64,000 bases of DNA. Origin: Mycobacteriales bacterium (GTDB taxonomy: Bacteria > Actinomycetota > Actinomycetes > BP-191). The notes under the pieces were generated by a model that made no database searches, was not told the DNA's origin, and saw only the letters and a list, made by a program, of their open reading frames with translations. Positions within the stretch are counted from its first letter, which is position 1; each line of letters begins with the position of its first letter. A program made the position numbers and the translations under genes. Positions 34,627-43,713 of the stretch are shown piece after piece. Location: the NCBI GenBank assembly GCA_046590575.1, contig JBKJUS010000165.1, positions 8,635 through 72,634 on the forward strand. Direction: 5' to 3'.

Positions 34627-36471
34627 ATGCCCTCCCACGTCTTTGCGGAGTCGGCCTCGCGCTCCGCGGGCTGGCGGTTGATCCGTGCGCTCCTCCGGGA
34701 TGTGCGACCTGAGCTCGTGCGCGGCGTTGCCGCGGGCGTGAGCTGGCAGACGGCGGCTGCTCTCGCGCCGCTGGCCGTCGCGCAGATCATCGACGAGGGG
34801 CTGATCGGTCGCGACGGCGGCGCAGTGTGGCGCTGGGCCGCGGTGCTGGTCGTCCTTGCCTTCGCAGAGGCTTACGCTTCGCGCACCCGGCACAAGAACG
34901 CGGTCACCCTCTTCGCCCGCACGGGCGCTACCGTGCGGACCCGGCTCCTCGAACGGGTGCAGCAGCTCGACGCAAGCTTTTACGACCAGATATCGCCGGG
35001 CTCGCTGCTCGCCCGGGCGACGAGCGATGCCGAGCACATGGCCAACCTCGTCGACCACATCCCGCACTCCGTGGGCTTCGCGGTCTCGATCGTCGTCATC
35101 ACCGGCTTGCTCGCCACCGTCGACCTCGTCGTCGCCGGCGTAGTGGTCGGGTCGATGGCCATGCTCATCGTGGTGGTAGCGCTCGGCGCTCGACCTCAGC
35201 GGAACCGCGCCGCCGCCCTGCAGGAGTCGATCGCGCACGCGACCGTCGGCGCTGAGGAGACCATCGCCGGCTTTGCGGTCATCAAGGGGCTGGGTGCCGA
35301 GCGTGCGCAGGGTGACCGCATCGCGGCGGCCGCCGCTCAGGTACGGACGGCGGGACTGGCGGCCAACCGGCTGGACGCAGTGATCGACACCATGCTGGCG
35401 CTGTTGCCTGCGCTGAGCCTGGCCGCAGCGCTCGCGGTCGGCGGGCGTCGCGCGATCGACGGGCGGCTGACTCTCGGCGAGCTGCTGGCGTCGCTCACCT
35501 ACGTCGGCCTCCTGGTATGGCCGATGCGCGTCGTCGGTGAACGGGTCGGCACCATCCAGAAGGGCCTCGCGTCGGCGCAGCGGCTCGCCGCGGTCTACGA
35601 CGCGACGTCGGCGCTCACCGACCCGGTGATGCCGGTGCCCATTCCCGTGTCCGGCACGGGCCTCGCGGTCGACCTGCTCCGGGTCGACTTCGGCTTCAGG
35701 GCTGGTCCGCCCGTGATCACCGACGTGACCCTGCAGGTGCCGGCCGGAGCCCGGGTGGCGATTGTGGGACCCACTGCCTCCGGCAAGTCGACGCTGCTAC
35801 AGCTGATCGGTCGCGAGTACGACGCGACATCAGGACAGGTGCTCCTCGGCGGCACCGACGTGCGCGAGCTTTCGCTCGTGGACGTACGACGACGGGTCGC
35901 GTTGGTCGGTCACGACCCCGTCCTCTTCGCCGGAACCGTGGCCGACAACATCGCGTTCGCCAGCCCCGATGCCGCGCGTGCCGACGTGCAGCGCGTCGCC
36001 CGGTTGGCTGCGGCCGACGGTTTCGTCCGCCGGCTGCCACGGGGTTACGGCACCGTTCTCGGCGAGCGGGGTATGACGCTGTCCGGCGGCCAGCGTCAGC
36101 GCATCGCCATCGCGCGGGCTCTACTCGCAATGCCCTCGGTGTTGCTCCTCGACGATGCGACTTCCGCGCTCGACCCGGAGACTGAGGCCGCCGTCGTCGC
36201 TGCCCTGACGGAGGCGCGGCGCGACTGCACGATATTCGTGGTGACCCACCGGCCGGCGACCTTGCAGCTTGCCGACACTGTGGCCCTGCTCAGCGCCGGC
36301 CGAATCGTCGCAGAGGGCCGCCATGCCGAGCTGCTGCAGACCAATGCGCAGTATCGCGAGGTGCTCGCGCACGCCCACGTCGACCACGAGCTCCTCGATG
36401 CGGTGCATGACCAGCCGGACGACGCTGGTGAGGTCGGCGACCGCGCCGCCACTGCAGCGGGCACGACATGA
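34627..36471 (+). CDS. ABC exporter, fused TMD-NBD half-transporter (Walker B Glu replaced by Asp)
   Basis: Six-TM type-I exporter domain. Walker A GPTASGKST. Signature LSGGQRQRIAIARALL. Walker B LLLDDATSALD. Confidence 0.88.
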   Translation: MPSHVFAESASRSAGWRLIRALLRDVRPELVRGVAAGVSWQTAAALAPLAVAQIIDEGLIGRDGGAVWRWAAVLVVLAFAEAYASRTRHKNAVTLFARTGATVRTRLLERVQQLDASFYDQISPGSLLARATSDAEHMANLVDHIPHSVGFAVSIVVITGLLATVDLVVAGVVVGSMAMLIVVVALGARPQRNRAAALQESIAHATVGAEETIAGFAVIKGLGAERAQGDRIAAAAAQVRTAGLAANRLDAVIDTMLALLPALSLAAALAVGGRRAIDGRLTLGELLASLTYVGLLVWPMRVVGERVGTIQKGLASAQRLAAVYDATSALTDPVMPVPIPVSGTGLAVDLLRVDFGFRAGPPVITDVTLQVPAGARVAIVGPTASGKSTLLQLIGREYDATSGQVLLGGTDVRELSLVDVRRRVALVGHDPVLFAGTVADNIAFASPDAARADVQRVARLAAADGFVRRLPRGYGTVLGERGMTLSGGQRQRIAIARALLAMPSVLLLDDATSALDPETEAAVVAALTEARRDCTIFVVTHRPATLQLADTVALLSAGRIVAEGRHAELLQTNAQYREVLAHAHVDHELLDAVHDQPDDAGEVGDRAATAAGTT

Positions 36472-38216
36472 GCCTGCCGGTCCTCAGTCGAGGTGAGCTG
36501 CGAGGTCATGTCGTAGTGCTGCTCCGCCCGCACCGGCGCACGATCGTCCTGCTGGCCGCGGCAGTGCTGCTCTCGGCAGCAGCACTGGTCGCCTCGCCGT
36601 TGCTCATCCGACACGCCATCGACGAGGGAGTGCGTCGCGGTGATCCAGGTGAGATCGACGTAGCAGCCGGGGCCTTGGCGGTTCTGTCGATCGTCGGTGC
36701 AGGACTGAGCTGGTGGCGGGTGCGACTCTCCGGTGTCGTGGCTGAGGGCGTGCTGGCGAGACTGCGCACGCAGAGCGTGCGTCGGGTCCTCGCTCTTTCG
36801 GTCGGCGACCTTCGAGGCACCACGCGGGGGGATCTCGTCACGCGTCTTACCAGTGATATCGAGGTGCTCTCCGACGCGCTCCGGCTGGGCGTTCCTCGTG
36901 TTGTGCAGGCGCTGTCGCTGCTCGCTGTCTCGGTGACCGTGCTGCTCGTCGTGTCGCTCCCGCTGGCTGGCGTCGGGCTCGTCGGGCTGCTCGCCGTGTG
37001 GATCCGCGCCCGGCGTCTGGTCCGACGCATCACCCCGGTCTACGCGACGTACCGCACGCGACTTGGTGATGCGCTCGGCATGATGAGCGAGACCGTGTCG
37101 GGAGTGCGCATCGTGCAGGGGTCAGGTCGAGCGGCGGACCGCGCGGCGGCGTACCGCGCCATCAATGAGGATGTGCAGGGCTCACTGCTCGGCATGATGC
37201 GCCTCCGCAACCGCTTCTATCCCCAGCTGATCGTATTTCAGGCTGGCTCAACGCTTGCTGTCGTCGTGACAGGGACGCTGTTGTCCCGGTCGGGACATGC
37301 GAGCGTCGGCACGGTGACCGCTGCGGTCCTCGCGGTGGTCGCGGTCTACAAGCCGGTCGAGGAGCTCGCCGACTGGCTCGACGAGATCAGCGGTGCGTCA
37401 GCCGCGCTGGGCCGCGTAGCCGGACTGCTCGACTTGACCGCTGCGCTGCCTGAGCCCGCGTGTCCCGTGCCCATGCCGGACTCCGGCGCACTGGTGGTCG
37501 ACCAGGTCTGCTTTCGCTACTCCGACGGTGCCGAGGTGCTCGATCGCGTCTCGTTCGAACTGCGGCAGGGGGAGCGCCTGGCCCTGGTCGGCGCCACGGG
37601 TGCTGGCAAGTCGACGCTCGCCCGGCTTGTCGCCCGGCTGGACGACCCGAGCGCCGGCCGGGTGTCGTACGCCGGGGTGGACCTGCGCGACGCGGCGCTC
37701 GACGACGTACGCCGGCACGTGGTCCTCACCCCCCAGGAGGGCCATCTCGTTGAGGGGACGGTCGCCGACAACGTGCGGTTGGCCCGGCCAGAAGCGAGCG
37801 ATGTCGACGTGGCGGCCGCGCTCGACCGCATCGGAGCGCTCACGTGGGCACGGCAGCTGCCCGCTGGTCTCGAGACCCAGGTTGCCTCCCTGGGCTCTCG
37901 GCTCTCGGCCGGCGAGCGCCAGCTGGTGGCGTTGGCTCGGGTGGCACTTGCTGATCCGCGGGTCGTGGTGCTCGACGAGGCCACCTCGGCACTCGACCTC
38001 GGCACCGAGCTGCTCGTCGAGCAGGCCCTGCAGCGCGCCCTCGCCGGCCGCTCCGTCCTGGTCATTGCGCACCGCGCGACGACGGCCGCCCGCGCCGATC
38101 GCGTCGCGGTCCTCGAGGCCGGTCGGCTGGTCGAGGTCGGCACGCATGACGATCTGGTCGCCCGCGGCGGATCGTACGCAGCACTGTGGACGGCGTGGAG
38201 CCGATCCGCCGACTAG
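36468..38216 (+). CDS. ABC exporter, fused TMD-NBD half-transporter (canonical Walker B, degenerate signature)
   Basis: ATGA overlap with the upstream gene. Walker A GATGAGKST. Signature LSAGERQLVALARVAL. Walker B VVLDEATSALD. Confidence 0.88.
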   Translation: MSLPVLSRGELRGHVVVLLRPHRRTIVLLAAAVLLSAAALVASPLLIRHAIDEGVRRGDPGEIDVAAGALAVLSIVGAGLSWWRVRLSGVVAEGVLARLRTQSVRRVLALSVGDLRGTTRGDLVTRLTSDIEVLSDALRLGVPRVVQALSLLAVSVTVLLVVSLPLAGVGLVGLLAVWIRARRLVRRITPVYATYRTRLGDALGMMSETVSGVRIVQGSGRAADRAAAYRAINEDVQGSLLGMMRLRNRFYPQLIVFQAGSTLAVVVTGTLLSRSGHASVGTVTAAVLAVVAVYKPVEELADWLDEISGASAALGRVAGLLDLTAALPEPACPVPMPDSGALVVDQVCFRYSDGAEVLDRVSFELRQGERLALVGATGAGKSTLARLVARLDDPSAGRVSYAGVDLRDAALDDVRRHVVLTPQEGHLVEGTVADNVRLARPEASDVDVAAALDRIGALTWARQLPAGLETQVASLGSRLSAGERQLVALARVALADPRVVVLDEATSALDLGTELLVEQALQRALAGRSVLVIAHRATTAARADRVAVLEAGRLVEVGTHDDLVARGGSYAALWTAWSRSAD

Positions 38217-38319
38217 CGAGGCGGTGTGCTTCCGGCGTGGATGGCGTGGACGGTGTCAACCGGGTCCCTCGTCGGGGGTGGCCCCACTGCCGGAGATCGG
38301 GATCGCGAAGCCGACGTCC

Positions 38320-38868
38320 ATGGCTGCGAGACTAGCCAGCATGCGCGGGTCGGTCCGGAGGTCGCCAGTTAGCTGGCTGATGAGCAGCGCGCTGGTTGCC
38401 GGCTGTGCCGCAGGCGCCGCCCCGGACCGTGCACCACGCGCGAGTGAGCGGCAGGAGGCAGTTGTCGTGTCGATCGTCGACGGCGACACGGTGCGTCTGC
38501 GCGGCATCGGGTCCGGGCTGCTGCCGGCGGAGGTCACGGTGCGGGTTCGACTGCTCGAGATCGACGCCCCTGAGGCAGCGGACTGCGGTTATCGGGACGC
38601 CACCGCTCGGCTGGCCGGTCTGATGCCGCGTGGCTCCACGGTGCGGGTGGAGCGGGACCGCGATCTGCGTGACCGCTTCGACCGCCACCTGCTCTACCTG
38701 TGGACCGAGAACGGACGTTTCGTCAACGTGTTGATGGTGGAGCAGGGATATGCCCGAGCCGTGCTCTTCCGGCCCAACGACGCCTACATCGATCGCATGC
38801 GCGCTGCCGAGGACGAGGCGCGCCGCGCCCGCCGAGGGCTGTGGGCGACGTGCGGTTCCGCGGGCTGA
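38320..38868 (+). CDS. Thermonuclease (staphylococcal nuclease-like) family lipoprotein
   Basis: Track ORF 37528..38868, trimmed to ATG 38320 (ATG 38341 is also possible). Lipobox SALVAGCAAG. SNase-like VVSIVDGDTVRL...VRLLEIDAPE...DRFDRHLLYLW...MVEQGYA...ARRARRGLW. Confidence 0.75.
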   Translation: MAARLASMRGSVRRSPVSWLMSSALVAGCAAGAAPDRAPRASERQEAVVVSIVDGDTVRLRGIGSGLLPAEVTVRVRLLEIDAPEAADCGYRDATARLAGLMPRGSTVRVERDRDLRDRFDRHLLYLWTENGRFVNVLMVEQGYARAVLFRPNDAYIDRMRAAEDEARRARRGLWATCGSAG

Positions 38869-38874
38869 GGCGCC

Positions 38875-39216
38875 GTGCTGGAGGTCAGTGCGGAGCGCTT
38901 CGAGGAGTTGGTCGCCGACGCCCTCGACGACGTACCGCCGGATCTCGCCCGGCTGATGCGCAATGTCGTGATCTTCGTCGAGGAGACATCGGCCGACGGT
39001 CTCCTCGGTCTTTACGAAGGGACGCCGCTCACCGAGCGTGACGCGGGTTATGCGGGCGCGCTGCCAGACCGCATCACGCTCTACCGGCTGCCGATCTGCG
39101 CGATGTGCGACGACGAGGACGCCGTCGCCGACGAGGTCTACACGACCGTCGTCCATGAGATCGCGCATCACTTCGGCATCGACGAGGAGCGGCTGCACGA
39201 ACTCGGGTGGGGCTGA
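38875..39216 (+). CDS. Zincin_1 (DUF1025-type) small metallopeptidase family protein
   Basis: GTG 38875 with GAGG upstream. The HEIAHHFG motif near the C-terminus. 113 aa. Confidence 0.7.
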   Translation: MLEVSAERFEELVADALDDVPPDLARLMRNVVIFVEETSADGLLGLYEGTPLTERDAGYAGALPDRITLYRLPICAMCDDEDAVADEVYTTVVHEIAHHFGIDEERLHELGWG

Positions 39217-39217
39217 C

Positions 39218-39271
39218 GCGTTGTGGGGAGTTGCGTGGTCGTCCCAGCGACCGCAGAACTCCCCGCAACGC
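39218..39271. terminator. Long imperfect hairpin between convergent genes (candidate bidirectional terminator)
   Basis: Arms gcgttgtggggagtt (39218-39232) and aactccccgcaacgc (39257-39271) form 15 bp with one G-U pair. An inner ggtcg/cgacc stem lies in the loop. Confidence 0.45.
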
Positions 39272-39288
39272 TCGATCGTTCGCTCGAG

Positions 39289-40065
39289 TTACGTAGGCAA
39301 GTTCGGGTCGACGGTGATGACCGCGAAGACCGCGCCCTGCGGGTCGGCGAGCACGGCGGTGCGGCCGGGGGGCGAGTCGAAGGCGGGCATGCGCACCGTG
39401 GCCCCGAGCTCGGTGGCTTTCGCCACGGTGGCGTCGGTGTCAGCGACAGCAAAGTAGACAGACCAGTGCGACGGCACCTGCGGTGGGTACTCCGCCGGCA
39501 TCGGCATGAGCCCCGCGACGGCCTTGCCGTTGACGTTCAGGGTGGTGTAGCTCGGGTCGAACTTCGCGGCCTCGGTGGTGAGGGGGAAGGCGGCCGCGTA
39601 GAACGCCTTGGCGACGTCGACGTCGCGGGTGGCCAGCTCGTTCCAGCAGACCGTGCCGGGTTCGCCGATCAGCTCGGCGCCTTTCATCTCGCGCGCCTGC
39701 CACACGCCGACGGCCGCGCCGGTCGGGTCCGCGTAGAACGCCATGCGGCCCGCGCCCGGGATGTCCATGGGCTCGACGATGACCTGGCCGCCCGCCGAGG
39801 TGACGAGCTCGGTCGTCTTGTCCGCGTCGTCGGTGGCGAGGTAGGTACTCCAGACCACTGGCTGACCCTCTGTCATCACCGGGCCGACCCCGGCGACGTT
39901 CTTCCCGCCCTTGGTGAACATCGTGTACCCGCCGAACGCCGGGTCCCCGTCCTCGGACTCCCAGCCGAAGAGACTGCCGTAGAACTCGCGCCCCGCGGCG
40001 CAGTCCGTGGACATCAGGTCGACCCAGATCGGCCTGCCGGCCGGGTAGTCGGTCATCTCTGGCAT
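39289..40065 (-). CDS. VOC (glyoxalase/bleomycin-resistance/dioxygenase) family protein, two-domain
   Basis: GRPIWVDLMSTDCAAGREFYGSLFGWE and a second repeat, VCWNELATRDVDVAKAFYAAAF. Confidence 0.75.
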   Translation of the reverse strand: MPEMTDYPAGRPIWVDLMSTDCAAGREFYGSLFGWESEDGDPAFGGYTMFTKGGKNVAGVGPVMTEGQPVVWSTYLATDDADKTTELVTSAGGQVIVEPMDIPGAGRMAFYADPTGAAVGVWQAREMKGAELIGEPGTVCWNELATRDVDVAKAFYAAAFPLTTEAAKFDPSYTTLNVNGKAVAGLMPMPAEYPPQVPSHWSVYFAVADTDATVAKATELGATVRMPAFDSPPGRTAVLADPQGAVFAVITVDPNLPT

Positions 40066-40175
40066 GTCATTCCCCTCATCACAGTGTGCGGACCGGGCGA
40101 ACGCTAGACCCGGGATGTGACAAGCCGGTAGGGGTGAGGTGAACGTCGAGCCGCAACCGTTACGATGGCCGCCTC

Positions 40176-41300
40176 ATGCTCGACCTACCTGCCGGCGAGT
40201 CCGGCGTCCTGCCCTCGCACTGGCTGCGCAAGGCGATCGACGCGGGCGTCATCGACGCGGCGCCGTACAAGATCCTGGAGACGGCCATTCAGCCGGCTTC
40301 GCTGGACCTGCGTCTCGGTGATGTCGCCCACCGGCTGCGGTGCAGCTTTCTGCCCGACCAGCACGATGTCGCCGACAAGCTCGCCGACTACGGGATGGAT
40401 ACTCTCGACCTGCGCGACGGGGCGATTCTCGAGCGCAACCGGCCCTACCTCATCCCGCTGATCGAGGAGGTGGCACTTCCCGCGGGGGTGCGGGCCAAGG
40501 CCAATCCCAAGAGCTCGACCGGTCGCCTCGACATCTTCACCCGGGTGATCACCGACAAGAGCTTCCTCTTCGACGAGATCGAGGACGGCTACTCCGGCCG
40601 GCTTTACATCGAGGTCGTGTCAAGGTCGTTCACGATCAAGGTGAAGACCGGGCTGAGCCTCAACCAGCTGCGGCTGATGGCCGGCGTCGACCGGTTCGAC
40701 GACACCGATATCCGTCGGCTGCATGCCGAGGACGCTTTGCTGTTCATCGATGGTGCCGTCGTGCCCCCGGCCGACCTCGCGGTGGGCAATGGCCTCTTCC
40801 TCTCCCTCGACCTGACCGGTGACGAGCGCGGTCAGGTCGGCTACCGGGCGAAGAAGAACTCTCATCTGCTCGACCTCTCCCTGCTCGACCACTACGACCC
40901 GGAGGAGTTCTGGGAGCCGGTGCGCCGGGAGAAGGGCAACCGCGTCGTCCTCGAGCCCGAGGAGTTCTACCTGCTGCTCTCCCACGAAGGTGTCCGGGTG
41001 CCTCCGGCGTACGCCGCAGAGATGACGGCCTATGACCCGACGAGCGGCGAGCTGCGCACGCACTACGCCGGCTTCTTCGACCCGGGATTTGGCCACGGCA
41101 CCGACCCGCTGACCGGGTCAAGGGCGGCACTGGAGGTGCGGGCACATGACGTGCCGTTCATGGTTGAGCACCGCCAGCCGGTTTGTAAGCTCAGCTTCGA
41201 GCGGATGCTGGAGACCCCCAGCTCGTTGTACGGCGAGGGTCTCGCGTCGCACTACCAGTTCCAGCGCGGAACGCTCAGCAAGCACTTCCGCCGTCCCTGA
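40176..41300 (+). CDS. dcd: Long-form 2'-deoxycytidine 5'-triphosphate deaminase (DCD family, tandem dUTPase-like fold)
   Basis: GVLPSHWLRKAIDAGVI...IQPASLDLRLG...KANPKSSTGRLDIFTRV. About 374 aa, characteristic of the long DCD family. Confidence 0.7.
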   Translation: MLDLPAGESGVLPSHWLRKAIDAGVIDAAPYKILETAIQPASLDLRLGDVAHRLRCSFLPDQHDVADKLADYGMDTLDLRDGAILERNRPYLIPLIEEVALPAGVRAKANPKSSTGRLDIFTRVITDKSFLFDEIEDGYSGRLYIEVVSRSFTIKVKTGLSLNQLRLMAGVDRFDDTDIRRLHAEDALLFIDGAVVPPADLAVGNGLFLSLDLTGDERGQVGYRAKKNSHLLDLSLLDHYDPEEFWEPVRREKGNRVVLEPEEFYLLLSHEGVRVPPAYAAEMTAYDPTSGELRTHYAGFFDPGFGHGTDPLTGSRAALEVRAHDVPFMVEHRQPVCKLSFERMLETPSSLYGEGLASHYQFQRGTLSKHFRRP

Positions 41301-41357
41301 CGGAGTCGTCGCCGCCGAAGGGTTTCGCACCTACTCCCACCCGGGCAGGTCAAGACC

Positions 41358-42956
41358 ATGGCCGATCCCCGAGTGGACGGACGCCTGGTCGCCGACCGGT
41401 ACCTGCTCCAGGAGCAGGTCGGTCGCGGCGGCATGGGCGTGGTGTGGCGCGCTCAGGACCAGCTGCTGGGCCGCGCGGTCGCCGTCAAAGAGGTCCATCT
41501 CCAGCCGGGCCTGACCGACGACGAGCGCCACGGCGTGCAGCAGCGGGTGATGCGGGAGGCGCGGGCCGCTGCGTCACTCAACCACGTCGGGGCGGTCACC
41601 GTGTACGACGTCGTCGAGCACGACGAGCAGGCCTTCATCGTGATGGAGCTGGTGGAGGCACCGACGCTGGCCGACCTCGTCGCGACCCGCGGGCCGCTCC
41701 CGCCGGCGGAAGTGGCCGGCATCGGCGTCGCGATCTGTGATGTGCTGGCCGCCGCGCACGCCCGGGGCATCGTCCACCGTGACCTCAAGCCTGCCAATGT
41801 CCTGGTTGCCGACAGCGGGATCAAGCTGACTGACTTCGGCATCGCCACCGTGAAGGACGACCCGCGGCTGACCTCCACCGGCATTGTGCTGGGCTCGCCG
41901 TCGTACATCGCACCGGAGCAGGCCCGCGGGCACGCGGTCACCGACGCGACGGACATGTGGGGGCTCGGTGCGACGCTGTGCTTCTCCGTGACGGGGCGGC
42001 CGCCGTTTGACCGCGGCGAGGCGATCGCGACCCTGACGGCAGTCGCGCACGATGAGCTCGACATCGACCCCTCGGCTGGCGCGCTGACGCCGGTGCTGTT
42101 GCGACTGCTGGACAAAGACCCGCTGGCCCGACCTGCGGCCGCGGCGGTCCGAGCTGATCTGGAGCGGGTCGCCGGCGGCGCCTCGTCAACCAGGCTGATG
42201 CCGGCCGTGGCGCCGGAGACGGTCCCCATCTCCCTCCCGACCGCGGCGACGGTGGCCACACCTCACGTCGTCGCCGACGAGCAGGTGTACGCCCCGACGG
42301 CTGCGCGCCGGTCCGTCGTACCTGCTGTTCTGCTCGGCTTGGTCCTGCTCCTCGGCGTCGGTGTCGCGGCTACGCAGCTGGGTGGTGACGACAAGGGCGA
42401 GGCGCCGTCCGGAGCGCTCGGCGAGAGAGCCGCACCCACGTCCTCCTCGAGTGCAGCGTCCGGTACGACTGCAGCGCAGCCCACGGACACTGGACCAGCA
42501 CTGCCTGCGGTGACGGAGCTGACGGAGACCTACACCGACGAGAAGGCCGGGTTCTCGATGCGCTATCCGCAGGGCTGGCAGCAGGTGGAGCGCGCCGGCA
42601 ACGCGCTGGACTTCCGCGAGCCTTCCACCGGGCGCTACCTGCGGGTCGACTGGACCAACAAGCCGGGCGACGATGCGGTCGCGGACTGGAAGCGTCAGGC
42701 GTCATCGTTCGGCGCGCGTCATTCCGACTACGAAGAGCTCCGCATCGAGCCGGCAACGTTCCGCGGCTTCGACGGGGCTATCTGGGAGTACCGCTACTCC
42801 GACGACGGCGCCCGGCTGCAGGCGTCGAACCTCGCCATCGTCACCAACGAGCGCGGCTATGCGCTGAATTTCCAGACCCGCGAGGGTGACTGGGACAGGT
42901 CGCAGGACCTGTACGAGCTACTCGTCAACTCGTTCGAGATCATCGAGCGGGACTAA
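41358..42956 (+). CDS. Transmembrane Ser/Thr protein kinase with extracytoplasmic C-terminal sensor domain
   Basis: GRGGMGVVWRA, AVKEV, HRDLKPANVLV, DFGIA and SPSYIAPEQ. A single TM (VVPAVLLGLVLLLGVGVAA) is followed by a roughly 150-aa globular domain. Confidence 0.9.
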   Translation: MADPRVDGRLVADRYLLQEQVGRGGMGVVWRAQDQLLGRAVAVKEVHLQPGLTDDERHGVQQRVMREARAAASLNHVGAVTVYDVVEHDEQAFIVMELVEAPTLADLVATRGPLPPAEVAGIGVAICDVLAAAHARGIVHRDLKPANVLVADSGIKLTDFGIATVKDDPRLTSTGIVLGSPSYIAPEQARGHAVTDATDMWGLGATLCFSVTGRPPFDRGEAIATLTAVAHDELDIDPSAGALTPVLLRLLDKDPLARPAAAAVRADLERVAGGASSTRLMPAVAPETVPISLPTAATVATPHVVADEQVYAPTAARRSVVPAVLLGLVLLLGVGVAATQLGGDDKGEAPSGALGERAAPTSSSSAASGTTAAQPTDTGPALPAVTELTETYTDEKAGFSMRYPQGWQQVERAGNALDFREPSTGRYLRVDWTNKPGDDAVADWKRQASSFGARHSDYEELRIEPATFRGFDGAIWEYRYSDDGARLQASNLAIVTNERGYALNFQTREGDWDRSQDLYELLVNSFEIIERD

Positions 42957-42964
42957 CAGCCGCT

Positions 42965-43010
42965 CCGCTCCGGCGGCCCACTCCAAAGTGCGAGCGGACC
43001 GCCGGAGCGG
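42965..43010. terminator. 12-bp perfect stem (ccgctccggcgg / ccgccggagcgg) between convergent genes; candidate bidirectional terminator
   Basis: The left arm is 42965-42976 and the right arm is 42999-43010, with a 22-nt loop. It lies between the kinase stop (42956) and the stop at 43016. Confidence 0.45.
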
Positions 43011-43015
43011 ATGGG

Positions 43016-43516
43016 CTAGGCGTTGATGAAACCGACCATGCCCGGCGTCTGCTGGTAGTGCGGGGTGTCGTCGCTCCGGTCGTCAGGCGTGTTGTTGACG
43101 TCCGTGCCGACGAAGCAGAAGTACACGTAGCGCTCGCCCGCGACGATCTTGAGCTTGCGCGCGCGGTCTCCGGTCTCCCCGGGTGCCGCGAACGTGGCGC
43201 CGGCGAATCGGTTGATGTAGTTGTCGTCCTGGGCGTCGGCTGCGGCGATCGCCGCCTCGCGCGTCGCGGTCGCCCCTTCGGCGAGGGAGAACACGACGAA
43301 CTCGTGGAACTCGGTGCCGGAGTTGGTCATCGCCAGGTCGTACTTGCCTGCGTCGAGCGTCGACGGCACGCCGGTGTAGCCGTAGTTGAATGCAACGAAC
43401 TCCAGCGTGTCGGCTGGCTTGGCCAGCGCCGACGGCGCCATGACGCCGGACAGTGCGGTGGTCATGAGCGCGACGGTCACGCCTAGTCGTGCGGCCTTGC
43501 GGGTGGTGTTCGCCAT
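43016..43516 (-). CDS. Secreted cupredoxin-like protein
   Basis: Signal peptide MANTTRKAARLGVTVALMTTALSGVMAPSALA. Possible type-1 copper ligand set: H in EFHEF, C in YFCF, then PHY...GMVGFI at the extreme C-terminus. Confidence 0.5.
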   Translation of the reverse strand: MANTTRKAARLGVTVALMTTALSGVMAPSALAKPADTLEFVAFNYGYTGVPSTLDAGKYDLAMTNSGTEFHEFVVFSLAEGATATREAAIAAADAQDDNYINRFAGATFAAPGETGDRARKLKIVAGERYVYFCFVGTDVNNTPDDRSDDTPHYQQTPGMVGFINA

Positions 43517-43713
43517 GCGGAGGTCCCCCCCGGGAGAGTGAGCGCGGGGCCCTGTGCCCCGCAGCTGAGTTCTACCTGGAACACTCCGGTTGCGATGTCA
43601 AGCATCTGACACTCTCCGTAACGTCATAAATTCGTAGCGTTCGAACCGGAACGCGACGACTGGCCGCCGAGTTGGCACCTGACGACAACTACCGCCGCTA
43701 CCCGAGGTGACCC

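Noticed and set aside
40176-41300. dCTP deaminase as a nucleotide-depletion anti-phage defence gene
   Set aside because: It belongs by motif and length to the long DCD (tandem dUTPase-fold) housekeeping family, not the kinase-fused zinc deaminases described for defence. The neighbourhood is core metabolism, with no other defence or mobile-element hallmarks.
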